Assembly: GCA_052390515.1 (NCBI GenBank)
Contig: JBQTGV010000015.1
Location: 1-19,586 of the forward strand
Length of the DNA: 19,586 bases
Direction: 5' to 3'
Source: Candidatus Eiseniibacteriota bacterium
Lineage (GTDB): Bacteria; ARS69
Below, piece after piece: positions 1 through 8,005 of the stretch. The position numbers and the translations under genes were made by a program. The stretch's first letter is position 1. Each line of letters begins with the position of its first letter. A model generated the notes under the pieces. It was not told the origin of the DNA. It saw only the letters and a list, made by a program, of their open reading frames with translations, and did not search any database.

Positions 1-1
1 C

Positions 2-25
2 AAGGTGAAGGCGCTGTACCAGTAA
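2..25 (+). CDS. 3' end of an upstream gene (…KVKALYQ*), partial, product unknown
   Basis: Frame aag gtg aag gcg ctg tac cag taa with G/C-ending codons, followed by a terminator-like hairpin; too short to identify. Confidence 0.5.
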   Translation, partial: KVKALYQ

Positions 26-46
26 CGCCGGCACCGAAACGAGTAC

Positions 47-85
47 GCGGCCACCCCGTCCGAGCGGCGGGGTGGCCGTTCTCTT
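47..85 (+). terminator. Rho-independent terminator
   Basis: Stem gcggccaccccgtc (47-60) / ggcggggtggccgt (66-79), 5-nt loop, then a T-rich tail (tctctt), 21 nt after the TAA at 23-25. Confidence 0.75.
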
Positions 86-146
86 GGCGGCTCCCCCGCC
101 AGGCCCGCTGCGTGTAGACTGCCCGCCGCGAATCGAGGAGATGACC

Positions 147-1493
147 ATGCGCACCCCGGACGGGTTGCCCGTCGTCGCGATCGTCGGGCGGCCCAACGTG
201 GGCAAGTCCACGCTGTTCAATCGCGTGCTCGGCCGTCGCCTCGCCGTCGTCCACGACGAGGCCGGGGTCACGCGGGACAGGAACCACGCCCGCGCCGTCT
301 GGAACGAGCGTGAGTTCTGGATCGTGGACACCGGCGGCTTCACGCTCCGCGAGGGGAAGGGGATCGAGCTCGAGATCCAGGCGCAGGTGGAGCTGGCCAT
401 CGACGAGGCGGACCTCGTCCTGCTGCTGCTGGATGCGCGCGCCGGTCTCACGGCTCCCGACGAGGACGTGATCCGCTCCCTGCTGCGCCGCGGGAAGGCG
501 GCCGTGGTCGCGGCGAACAAGGCGGACCGCGACGTGGACGAGCGCGAGGCGCAGGCCATCGTTCCGCTGGGGCTCGGTGCGGTGCTCCCCGTCTCCGCGG
601 CGAACGGACGCGGCATGGAGGACCTCCGGGACGAGCTCGTGCGCCGGCTTCCCGCGCCGGTGGAGTCCGCTCCCGCCGACGAGCGCGAGGTCGCCGTGGC
701 CATCGTGGGCCGGCCCAACGTCGGGAAGTCGTCGCTCGTCAACGCGCTCACCGGCGAGCCGACCATGATCGTCAGCGAGCAGGCCGGGACCACCCGCGAC
801 GCGGTGGACACCTGGCTCACGCAGAACGACCGCCCCTTCCGGCTCATCGACACGGCGGGCCTTCGCCGCCGCTCGAGGGTGAAGCCGAGCGTCGAGTACT
901 GGGCCGGCCTGCGTTCCTCGGAGGCGATCCGGCGCTCCGACGTCGTGGTCCTGGTGCTGGACGCGACCCAGCAGCTCTCCCAGCAGGACGTGGCCATCGC
1001 CGCCGAGGCGGTGGAGGAGTACAAGTCGGTGATCCTCGCGGTGAACAAGTGGGACGCCCTGGAGAAGGACCCCGACGTGGCCCGCCGCTTCGAGGACCGG
1101 ATTGCCTGGCATTTCAAAGTCCTGTCGGACGCCCCGGTGTTGTACGTATCGGCGAAGACGGGGCGGCGCGTGGACCGCATCCTGCCCGCCGCCGCGAAGC
1201 TCGCCGAGGTGCGCAGCCGGCGCGTGCCGACCGCCGAGGTGAACGAGGTGCTGCAACGCATCGTGGAGCAGAACCCGCCTCCCTCGGGCAGCAGCCGGCG
1301 CGCCACGCGCGTCCTCTACGCCTCCCAGGTGGCCGCGCGGCCGCCCACGTTCGCGGTGTTCACCAACAGCCCGGAGAACCTGGAAGGGCACTACACCCGC
1401 TACCTGCGCAACCGCATCAAGGAGGAGCTCGGCTTCGAGGGTGCGCCGGTGAAGGTCGTCGTGCGCAACAGCGAAGGGCGGGAAGAGACGTGA
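147..1493 (+). CDS. der: Ribosome biogenesis GTPase Der (EngA), 448 aa
   Basis: Two tandem GTPase domains (GRPNVGKS x2, GVTRD/GTTRD, DTGG/DTAG, NKAD/NKWD) and a C-terminal KH-like region (PPTF…YLRNRI). SD gaggag at 135-140 favours ATG 147 (or 141) over the ORF-track start at 72. Confidence 0.97.
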   Translation: MRTPDGLPVVAIVGRPNVGKSTLFNRVLGRRLAVVHDEAGVTRDRNHARAVWNEREFWIVDTGGFTLREGKGIELEIQAQVELAIDEADLVLLLLDARAGLTAPDEDVIRSLLRRGKAAVVAANKADRDVDEREAQAIVPLGLGAVLPVSAANGRGMEDLRDELVRRLPAPVESAPADEREVAVAIVGRPNVGKSSLVNALTGEPTMIVSEQAGTTRDAVDTWLTQNDRPFRLIDTAGLRRRSRVKPSVEYWAGLRSSEAIRRSDVVVLVLDATQQLSQQDVAIAAEAVEEYKSVILAVNKWDALEKDPDVARRFEDRIAWHFKVLSDAPVLYVSAKTGRRVDRILPAAAKLAEVRSRRVPTAEVNEVLQRIVEQNPPPSGSSRRATRVLYASQVAARPPTFAVFTNSPENLEGHYTRYLRNRIKEELGFEGAPVKVVVRNSEGREET

Positions 1494-2101
1494 CGCGCGT
1501 CGCCGTCGCCGTGGCGGTGGCGTGGCTGCTCGGCAGCGTCCCGTTCGCGCTGCTGGCCGCGCGGATCAAGGGAGTCGATCTGCGCCTCCACGGGAGCGGC
1601 AACCTGGGCGCGACGAACGCGATCCGCGTGCTCGGACCGGTGCTCGGGGTGCCGGTGCTGATCGCGGACGTGGCCAAGGGATGGATCGCCGCGGCGGTGA
1701 TTCCGCGGCTCTCGGCGTCGACGCTCGAAGCGCTTCCGCTCGCCTGCGGAGCGGCGGCGATCCTCGGGCACGTCGCTTCGCCCTTCCTGCGCTTCCGCGG
1801 CGGGAAGGGGGTCGCGGCGGCGGCGGGCGTGTTCCTGGCCCTCGCGCCGCAGGGTCTGGCCGTCGCCGCCGCCGTCTTCGCCGCGGTGCTGCTCATCACC
1901 CGTTACGTCTCGCTCGCCTCCATGGCCGGCGCCGCCGCGCTGCCGGTGGCGCTCGTCGCTCTGCGCGCCCGCACCGAGCTCGTCGCCGCGGGAGCGGTTC
2001 TCGCGGTCCTCGTCGCCGTTCGCCACCGCGCGAACGTCGCACGCATGCTGCGCGGTACCGAGCACCGCGCCACGTTCCGGCGCCGGGGGGCGGCGCCGTG
2101 A
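1490..2101 (+). CDS. plsY: Glycerol-3-phosphate acyltransferase PlsY, 203 aa
   Basis: Motifs GSVPF, GSGNLGATNAIR, DVAKG, GH…F.GGKGVA, RYVSLAS, RHRANV.R…GTE. GTG start overlaps the der stop (GTGA). Confidence 0.95.
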   Translation: MTRVAVAVAVAWLLGSVPFALLAARIKGVDLRLHGSGNLGATNAIRVLGPVLGVPVLIADVAKGWIAAAVIPRLSASTLEALPLACGAAAILGHVASPFLRFRGGKGVAAAAGVFLALAPQGLAVAAAVFAAVLLITRYVSLASMAGAAALPVALVALRARTELVAAGAVLAVLVAVRHRANVARMLRGTEHRATFRRRGAAP

Positions 2102-3081
2102 TCGCCGTGCTGGGTGCCGGGAGCTGGGGGACGGCCCTCGCCTGCCTGCTGGCCCCCCGGGCCGAGACCATTCTCTGGGGCCGCGATCCGGAGCGGGTGC
2201 GGGAGATGCGCGCTCAGCGCGAGAACTCCCGCTATCTGCCGGGCGTCACGTTGCCGCCGTCTCTGGAGATCACCGCGCAGATCGACGATGTCGCCGGAGT
2301 ACCGGACGTGATCCTCGCGGTGCCGACCCGGGCGCAGGCGGAGGTGGCGCGCGCCGTGGTCGCGCGGGGGGCGACGGCACGCGTGCTCTGCGCGGCGAAG
2401 GGCTACGAGCCGGGAACGCGGCGGCGCATGTCCGAGGCGCTGGGGGACGCGCTCGGCCCGGAGGTTCCGGTGACGGTGCTGGCCGGCCCGAGCCACGCCG
2501 AGGAAGTGGCCCGCGGCATCCCCACGACCGTGGTGGTCGCCGCGGCGGACGAGAGCCGCGCGCGCGAATGGCAGGAGCGGCTCATCGCCCCGACGTTCCG
2601 GGTGTACACGAACCCGGATCTCGTCGGCGTGGAGACCGCTGCGGCTCTCAAGAACGTCATTGCCATCGCGGCCGGCATCTGTGACGGGCTGGGCTTCGGC
2701 GACAACACCAAGGGCGCGCTGCTGACGCGTGGCCTCGCGGAGATGGCCCGGCTCGGCGAGGCCCTCGGAGCGCGTGCCGAGACGTTCTCGGGGCTGGCCG
2801 GGCTCGGCGACCTCGTCACCACCTGCACGAGCCGGCACAGTCGCAACCGCAAGGTCGGTGAGCTGATCGGCACGGGCTCGGACCTGGAGACCGCCTGCCG
2901 GCGCACCGGAATGGTCGCGGAGGGCGTCGAGACGACGCGTTCCGCGCTGGCCATCGCCGCGGAGCATGGCGTGGAGCTTCCCATTACCGAGCAGGTCGGA
3001 GAGGTGCTCTTCCACGGGAAGGGGCCCCGGCAGGCGCTCGGTGACCTCATGGGGCGAGACGCCAAGGCCGAAGTCCGCTAG
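2098..3081 (+). CDS. gpsA: NAD(P)H-dependent glycerol-3-phosphate dehydrogenase, 327 aa
   Basis: Motifs GAGSWGTALA, GPSHAEEV, ALKNVIAIAAG, GDNTKGALLTRG, GLGDLVTTC.S.HSRNR, AEGV. GTGA overlap with plsY. Confidence 0.96.
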   Translation: MIAVLGAGSWGTALACLLAPRAETILWGRDPERVREMRAQRENSRYLPGVTLPPSLEITAQIDDVAGVPDVILAVPTRAQAEVARAVVARGATARVLCAAKGYEPGTRRRMSEALGDALGPEVPVTVLAGPSHAEEVARGIPTTVVVAAADESRAREWQERLIAPTFRVYTNPDLVGVETAAALKNVIAIAAGICDGLGFGDNTKGALLTRGLAEMARLGEALGARAETFSGLAGLGDLVTTCTSRHSRNRKVGELIGTGSDLETACRRTGMVAEGVETTRSALAIAAEHGVELPITEQVGEVLFHGKGPRQALGDLMGRDAKAEVR

Positions 3082-3115
3082 AATCCCACGTCGGCGCAGG
3101 AGGAGGTCTCGGTCG

Positions 3116-3463
3116 GTGGAGCCCGTACGCAAGATCTACTACTCCATCACCGAGGTCGCCGAGATGGCGGACGTCAAGCCGCACGTCCTCCGGTACTGGG
3201 AGACGGAGTTCACGGCGCTCCGGCCGCGCAAGAACCGCGCGGGCAACCGGACGTACCGCGAGAAGGACGTGCGGCTCGTGCTCCTGATCAAGAAGCTGCT
3301 CTACGACGACGGCTTCACGATCAAGGGGGCGCGCCGCAAGATGCAGGAGCGGAAGGGGGAGCTGGAGCAGATCGAGCTGCCCTTCACGAGGAACGAGCCG
3401 GCGGTCTCGATCGCCGGGCTCCGCAAGGAGCTCGAAGGGATCCTGGCGTACCTGTCCGCGTAG
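3116..3463 (+). CDS. MerR-family HTH protein, 115 aa
   Basis: KIYYSITEVAEM…PHVLRYWETEF…P.K…GNRTYR…LLYDDGFTIKGA, the MerR-like type usually found before tRNA-Pro/surE. SD aggaggagg at 3098-3106 precedes GTG 3116. Confidence 0.9.
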   Translation: MEPVRKIYYSITEVAEMADVKPHVLRYWETEFTALRPRKNRAGNRTYREKDVRLVLLIKKLLYDDGFTIKGARRKMQERKGELEQIELPFTRNEPAVSIAGLRKELEGILAYLSA

Positions 3464-3496
3464 GGACGGCCTGCCGCTCGGCACACGGAAATGGAT

Positions 3497-3574
3497 CGGG
3501 GCGTGGCGCAGCCCGGTTAGCGCGCTTGCTTGGGGTGCAAGAGGTCGCTGGTTCGAATCCAGTCGCCCCGACCA
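3497..3574 (+). tRNA. tRNA-Pro(GGG)
   Basis: Acceptor stem cggggcg/cgccccg + ACCA; anticodon arm cttgc-ttGGGgt-gcaag; T-arm gctgg-ttcgaat-ccagt. Confidence 0.97.
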
Positions 3575-3638
3575 AATCCGTCCCTCGACGCCGCGTAGAG
3601 TTCCGTTTTCGCCCCCCGAGCCGAACAGGCGAGCTCCC

Positions 3639-4394
3639 TTGAATGTTCTGCTGACCAACGACGACGGGGTGCACGCGGCCGGGCTCGCGGCGCTGCGGGA
3701 ATCCTTCGTCGGGCGTGGGCACCGCGTAACCGTGGTCGCGCCGGACCGGGAGCAGTCCGCCTCCAGCCACTCCATCACGCTGGACCGCCCGCTGCGCATC
3801 CGCACGTTCGGCGAAGCGCTCGCCGTGGACGGGACGCCGACCGATTGCGTGCTGGTCGCCGTGCACGGCGTGCTTCGGGCCTGCCCGGACCTCGTCGTCT
3901 CCGGCATCAACCACGGACCGAACATGGGCGAGGACGTGACGTACTCCGGGACGGTCGCGGCGGCGTTCGAGGCGCACATCCTCGGCGTGCCGGCCATCGC
4001 CGCGTCGATGTCGGATGCGGCCGCGGGCGACTTCGCCGGAGCCGCACACTTCGTGGCGGACCTGGCCGACGAGCTCGGCGAGTGGGCCCGCGAGCGCAGG
4101 GCCATCCTCAACGTGAACTTCCCGGCCGGTCCTTCGGCCGGATGGGGCGAAGCGCGCATCACGCGCCTCGGTACGCGGCGCTACTCGGACGAGATCATCG
4201 AGAAGAGCGATCCGCGCGGCAAGAAGTACTACTGGATCGGCGGTGCCACGCCGACGTGGACGGGCGACGCGGACACCGACTTCGCCGTGGTCCACGCCGG
4301 AGGAATCTCGGTGACGCCGCTGCACCTGGCGCTCACCGACGAGGCCGCGCGCGCCGACCTGCTCGCCCGGCGCGCTTCGAGGATCGGCGCGTGA
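3639..4394 (+). CDS. surE: 5'/3'-nucleotidase SurE, 251 aa
   Basis: Motifs LLTNDDG, VVAPDREQSASSHSIT, DGTPTDCV, SGINHGPNMGEDVTYSGTVAAA, DPRGKKYYW, ISVTPL; TTG start. Confidence 0.96.
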   Translation: MNVLLTNDDGVHAAGLAALRESFVGRGHRVTVVAPDREQSASSHSITLDRPLRIRTFGEALAVDGTPTDCVLVAVHGVLRACPDLVVSGINHGPNMGEDVTYSGTVAAAFEAHILGVPAIAASMSDAAAGDFAGAAHFVADLADELGEWARERRAILNVNFPAGPSAGWGEARITRLGTRRYSDEIIEKSDPRGKKYYWIGGATPTWTGDADTDFAVVHAGGISVTPLHLALTDEAARADLLARRASRIGA

Positions 4395-5071
4395 TGCGAG
4401 GCAGCGTGGCCAACGGCAACGGCGATCTGACCGTCGCGCGCGCCGAGATGGTCGAGCACCAGCTCCGCGAGCGCGGCATCCGCAGCGCGAAGGTCCTCGA
4501 CGCGATGGCCAAGGTGCCGCGACACCGCTTCGTGGATGCGGCGCTGCGCTCCCGAGCCTATGGCGACCACGCCCTGCCCATCGGGGCGGGGCAGACGATC
4601 TCGCAGCCGTACATGGTGGCTTTGATGACCGAGGCGCTCGCGCTGGAGGGCGGGGAGAGGGTGCTGGAGATCGGCACGGGCTCGGGCTACCAGACGGCCG
4701 TCCTCGCCGAGTTCACGCAGCGGCTCTTCTCCATCGAGCGGAGCCCGGAGCTCGCGCGCACCGCCGCGGCCACGCTCCGCGATCTCGGCTACTCCAACGT
4801 CATCCTCAAGACCGGCGACGGCACGTTGGGCTGGCCCGAGCATTCGCCCTTCGACGCCGTCCTGGTGACCGCCGGTGCGCCGGAGATTCCCGCGCCGCTG
4901 CTGGCCCAACTGACCGACGGTGGCCGGCTCGTCGTCCCCGTGGGCGATCGGGACATCCAGCGCCTCGAGCTCGTCACGCGGCGGGCGAAGCGGACGGAAC
5001 GGCGAACCCTCGTGGAGTGCGCTTTCGTTCCCTTGCTGGGCGCGGCGGGCTGGAAGGCGCCGCCCCGCTGA
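4394..5071 (+). CDS. pcm: Protein-L-isoaspartate O-methyltransferase, 225 aa
   Basis: Motifs VPRHRFV, LPIGAGQTISQP, VLEIGTGSGYQ, GDG..GWP, PFDAVLVTAG, QL..GGRLVVPVG, FVPL. Start (ATG 4394 or GTG 4391) overlaps the surE stop. Confidence 0.96.
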   Translation: MRGSVANGNGDLTVARAEMVEHQLRERGIRSAKVLDAMAKVPRHRFVDAALRSRAYGDHALPIGAGQTISQPYMVALMTEALALEGGERVLEIGTGSGYQTAVLAEFTQRLFSIERSPELARTAAATLRDLGYSNVILKTGDGTLGWPEHSPFDAVLVTAGAPEIPAPLLAQLTDGGRLVVPVGDRDIQRLELVTRRAKRTERRTLVECAFVPLLGAAGWKAPPR

Positions 5072-5079
5072 GCCGCACC

Positions 5080-5107
5080 TTTACAGGGCAGGGTTCGCGA
5101 GTATACT
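5080..5107 (+). promoter_or_regulatory. sigma70-type promoter for tRNA-Pro(CGG)/apt
   Basis: TTTACA (5080-5085)-N16-TATACT (5102-5107), 35 nt upstream of the tRNA. Confidence 0.7.
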
Positions 5108-5142
5108 CCTTGCTCCGCTAAGGAATCGCCCGTGGAACCGGT

Positions 5143-5222
<80 letters not shown>

Positions 5223-5267
5223 TTCTCCGCACCGCCCGGCGGCGCCCCGCCGGAACCGGGGTTCGCC

Positions 5268-5789
5268 GTGGCTCACGAGAACATCCGGGCCGCCATCCGC
5301 GACGTGCCCGACTTCCCCAAGCCGGGCATCCTCTTCAAGGACATCGCTCCGGTGCTGGCCGATCCGGCGTGCTTCCGGAGCGCTCTCGACGCGCTGGAGG
5401 CGCGCTGGCGCAGGGAGGGGATCGACGCGGTCTGCGCCGTCGAGTCACGCGGGTTCATCTTCGGTGCCCCGCTCGCCGACCGCCTGCGCTGCGCGTTCGT
5501 TCCGGTGCGCAAGCCGGGGAAGCTCCCCTGGAGGACGCGCAGCGTGGAGTACACGCTGGAGTACGGGACCGACTCGCTGGAGATCCACGACGACGCCTTC
5601 CCGCCCGGCTCGCGGGTGCTGATCGTCGACGACCTGCTCGCCACCGGCGGCACCGCCCAGGCGGCGGGGCGGCTCGTCACGCTGGGCGGCGGCGAAGTCG
5701 CCGGCTACGCGTTCGTCGTGCACCTCTCGTTCCTGGGCGGCTTGGCGAAGCTCGGTGGGAAGCCCGTGCAGTTCCTGGTGGACTACTAG
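5268..5789 (+). CDS. apt: Adenine phosphoribosyltransferase, 173 aa
   Basis: Motifs IRDVPDFPKPGILFKDI, ESRGFIFG, RKPGKLP, YTLEYGTD, PRPP-binding VLIVDDLLATGGT; GTG start. Confidence 0.96.
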   Translation: MAHENIRAAIRDVPDFPKPGILFKDIAPVLADPACFRSALDALEARWRREGIDAVCAVESRGFIFGAPLADRLRCAFVPVRKPGKLPWRTRSVEYTLEYGTDSLEIHDDAFPPGSRVLIVDDLLATGGTAQAAGRLVTLGGGEVAGYAFVVHLSFLGGLAKLGGKPVQFLVDY

Positions 5790-5939
5790 GGTTCCGTCTC
5801 GAAAGAAATGATCGGATCACCTCGCTTAAGCCGCCGTGCCGTAGCCACGGACGGCGGAGCAGCGCCGCCACGAAGCGAGCGGAGCCAGGACGGCGAAGCG
5901 AGCGCGAGCGAGGCGAACGGTGCGGGTTCTGCCGCGCCC
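5790..5939. repeat. Structured REP/MITE-like intergenic element between convergent genes
   Basis: Imperfect direct repeat agcca(c)ggacggcgRagc (5843-5860, 5883-5899); cgaagcgagcg x2 (5871-5881, 5894-5904); inverted repeats cctcgct/agcgagg (5820-5826/5907-5913) and ccgccgt/acggcgg (5831-5837/5851-5857). Confidence 0.5.
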
Positions 5940-7166
5940 CTAGAACTCCAGCACCGGCAGCTCCCGCTGCGGAGTGGACAGGAACTCGCAGCCGTCGGCG
6001 GTGACGAGCACGTTCTCCTCCAGCGCGACGACTCCGTAGTCGGGGAGCAGGATGGAGGGCTCCAGCGTGAAGACGTTGCCCTTCTCGACCTTGCAGTACG
6101 GCGTCTCGTTGTAGCGCTCCCAGGGCGGGGCGAGCGTGGCGCCGCCGCCGTCGTGCGCGGAACGACCGAGCTGGTGCCCGAGCGCGTGGGTGAACTCCTC
6201 GTATCCCGCGGCGGTGAGCACATCCCGGGCGATCTGGTCGACCTCCCAGCCGAGGACGCCCGGCTTGAGCGCCGCGGCCGCCGCATCGATGGCGCGGATG
6301 ACGGTGGCGAAGGCCCGCGCGACCGGCTCGGGAGCGCCCTCGCCGCCCTCCGCGACCCACCACATGCGCTGTATGTCGGAGCAGTACTGCTGGCGGCGGA
6401 TGCCGAAGTCCACGTGCACCACGCTGCCCGGGGAGATGCTGTCGGCGGTCGGCGAGACGTGCCCGATGCGGGTGGATGGACCGACGCTGACGATCGGGCA
6501 CATCTTCGGAGTCCACGCGCACTGGAACCCGCGGGAGTAAGCGAGCCGGCGGATGCCGTCGGCCAGCTCCGCGGCCGTGACGCCCGGGCGGATCATCGTG
6601 GCGGTCTCGCGGAGGATCTTCTCCGTCTCCTGCACCGCCTGCGCGACGGCCTCGACCTCCATGGGAAGCTTGCGCCCCCGCAGCGACCAGATGACGTCCT
6701 CCGCCGGCACCAGGCGGTCCGCGTAGATCGTCCCCCCGAAGCGCCGCTGCAGCAGCCGGTGGAGCCCGGCGCCGAGCCCGTCGGCCAGGGAATCGTTCTC
6801 CGAGACGTTGATGGCGATGGAGTGCGGATCCAACCGGCTGATCGTGTTGGCCAGCGGCTCGGAGATGCCTTCGCGGTAGCCGAGCACGCGCTTGTAGATC
6901 CCGGCCTCCTCGATCTCAGGCGCGTCGTGCACTCCGACGATCGCGATCTTCTCGCCGTCCGCGGTCAGGATCAGCGCCGACTCCCAGGTCAGGTCCCCGT
7001 CGAAGATCAGCTCCAGCGAAGGATCGACGTTGGCGAGCGTCTCCCGGACGTAGGTCAGCCAGACGTCAATCCCCTTCTCCTTGAGGATCTCGATGGCCTG
7101 ATCGGTCTTCGCCGCGAGGAAGGCGGCCGTCTCCAGGCCGGGGGCGCTGCGCGTCGTGGTGCTCAT
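5940..7166 (-). CDS. M24-family Xaa-Pro aminopeptidase/dipeptidase, 408 aa
   Basis: Metal-ligand motifs VHVDFG, YCSDIQR, HALGHQLG…HD, FTLEP, LEENV, plus a creatinase-like N-domain. Start chosen at ATG 7166 (MSTTT); the longer ORF overlaps kptA. Confidence 0.9.
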   Translation of the reverse strand: MSTTTRSAPGLETAAFLAAKTDQAIEILKEKGIDVWLTYVRETLANVDPSLELIFDGDLTWESALILTADGEKIAIVGVHDAPEIEEAGIYKRVLGYREGISEPLANTISRLDPHSIAINVSENDSLADGLGAGLHRLLQRRFGGTIYADRLVPAEDVIWSLRGRKLPMEVEAVAQAVQETEKILRETATMIRPGVTAAELADGIRRLAYSRGFQCAWTPKMCPIVSVGPSTRIGHVSPTADSISPGSVVHVDFGIRRQQYCSDIQRMWWVAEGGEGAPEPVARAFATVIRAIDAAAAALKPGVLGWEVDQIARDVLTAAGYEEFTHALGHQLGRSAHDGGGATLAPPWERYNETPYCKVEKGNVFTLEPSILLPDYGVVALEENVLVTADGCEFLSTPQRELPVLEF

Positions 7167-7212
7167 GATCGGAAATGTATCCGGAACGAGGGTCCGGGGC
7201 GAGCGAAACCCG

Positions 7213-7241
7213 TTGCTGGCCCCGCTCTCGGGCGATAGACT
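7213..7241 (+). promoter_or_regulatory. Putative sigma70 promoter of the kptA unit
   Basis: TTGCTG (7213-7218)-N17-TAGACT (7236-7241) in the divergent intergenic gap, 46 nt before ATG 7288. Confidence 0.5.
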
Positions 7242-7287
7242 GGCCAGCCGCTCGGGCTCCAAGACGCGGCCCCCGACACGGAAGCGT

Positions 7288-8001
7288 ATGGACCGTCGAA
7301 TCGCCACACGGTTGAGCAAGTTTCTCTCGCTCGTCCTCCGGCACCGGCCGGACGACTACGGCCTGCACATGGACAAGCACGGCTGGGTCGACTTCGCCGA
7401 CCTCATCGACGTGCTCGCCGCCGAGGACATCGTCGGCGAGGACGCGGAGCAGATCGTGCAGGACCTCGTCCAGGGCTCGGACCGGCAGCGCTTCGAGATC
7501 GCGGGAGGAAAGATCCGCGCGCTCTACGGACACTCCGACCGCGTCCATCTGGAGCTGCCCGAGGACGAGCCGCCCGAAGTGCTCTTCCACGGCACCACGC
7601 TCGAGGCCGCGCGGAAGGTCGCGCAGGACGGGCTGCAGCCCATGGGCCGCGCTTACGTGCACCTGTCGTCGACGGAGCAGGAGGCGCTCGCGGTGGGCCG
7701 CCGGCACGAGGACCATCCCGTGCTGATCCGCGTCGACACCTTCGCCGCGATCGAGAGGGGACTCAAGTTCCACCGGGCGACGGAGCAGATCTGGCTGTCC
7801 CCCGCCGTTCCCGCGGAGGTCTGCCGCGTGCCGGACCTCCCCGAGGAGAGCGCGCCGCGCCCCGCGGCAGCGCCGCCGCGACCCGCCACTCCGCCCGCTC
7901 CGCGCCCGGCCCCTGGTCCGCGCGCCGAGGGAGTCCGCGTGGTCGCGCCCGATCCCGACGAGGGCTTCAAGAGGCGGACCCGCAAGAAGAACCGGCGGTG
8001 A
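7288..8001 (+). CDS. kptA: RNA 2'-phosphotransferase (Tpt1/KptA), 237 aa, with a Pro-rich and basic C-terminal tail
   Basis: Motifs LSKFLSLVLRHRP, GWV, R.RFE, IRALYGHS, LFHGT, GL.PMGR.YVHLS, VGRRH. Confidence 0.92.
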   Translation: MDRRIATRLSKFLSLVLRHRPDDYGLHMDKHGWVDFADLIDVLAAEDIVGEDAEQIVQDLVQGSDRQRFEIAGGKIRALYGHSDRVHLELPEDEPPEVLFHGTTLEAARKVAQDGLQPMGRAYVHLSSTEQEALAVGRRHEDHPVLIRVDTFAAIERGLKFHRATEQIWLSPAVPAEVCRVPDLPEESAPRPAAAPPRPATPPAPRPAPGPRAEGVRVVAPDPDEGFKRRTRKKNRR

Positions 8002-8005
8002 CGCG

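Noticed and set aside
72-146. N-terminal extensions in the ORF track (der from 72; likewise plsY, gpsA, MerR, pcm, apt, peptidase, kptA, DUF4386-like, lipoprotein)
   Set aside because: They run through terminators, tRNAs or neighbouring genes; SD sites and GTGA/ATGA overlaps support the later starts
5808-7238. 476-aa + strand ORF opposite the peptidase, and similar long antisense or alternate-frame ORFs (1903-3132, 3047-4162, 7066-8364, 7967-9364, 8649-10874, 10450-11802, 16326-17558, 17793-19148, 18113-19336)
   Set aside because: They overlap genes with clear family motifs, are Arg/Pro/Gly-rich and motif-less; typical shadow ORFs of high-GC DNA
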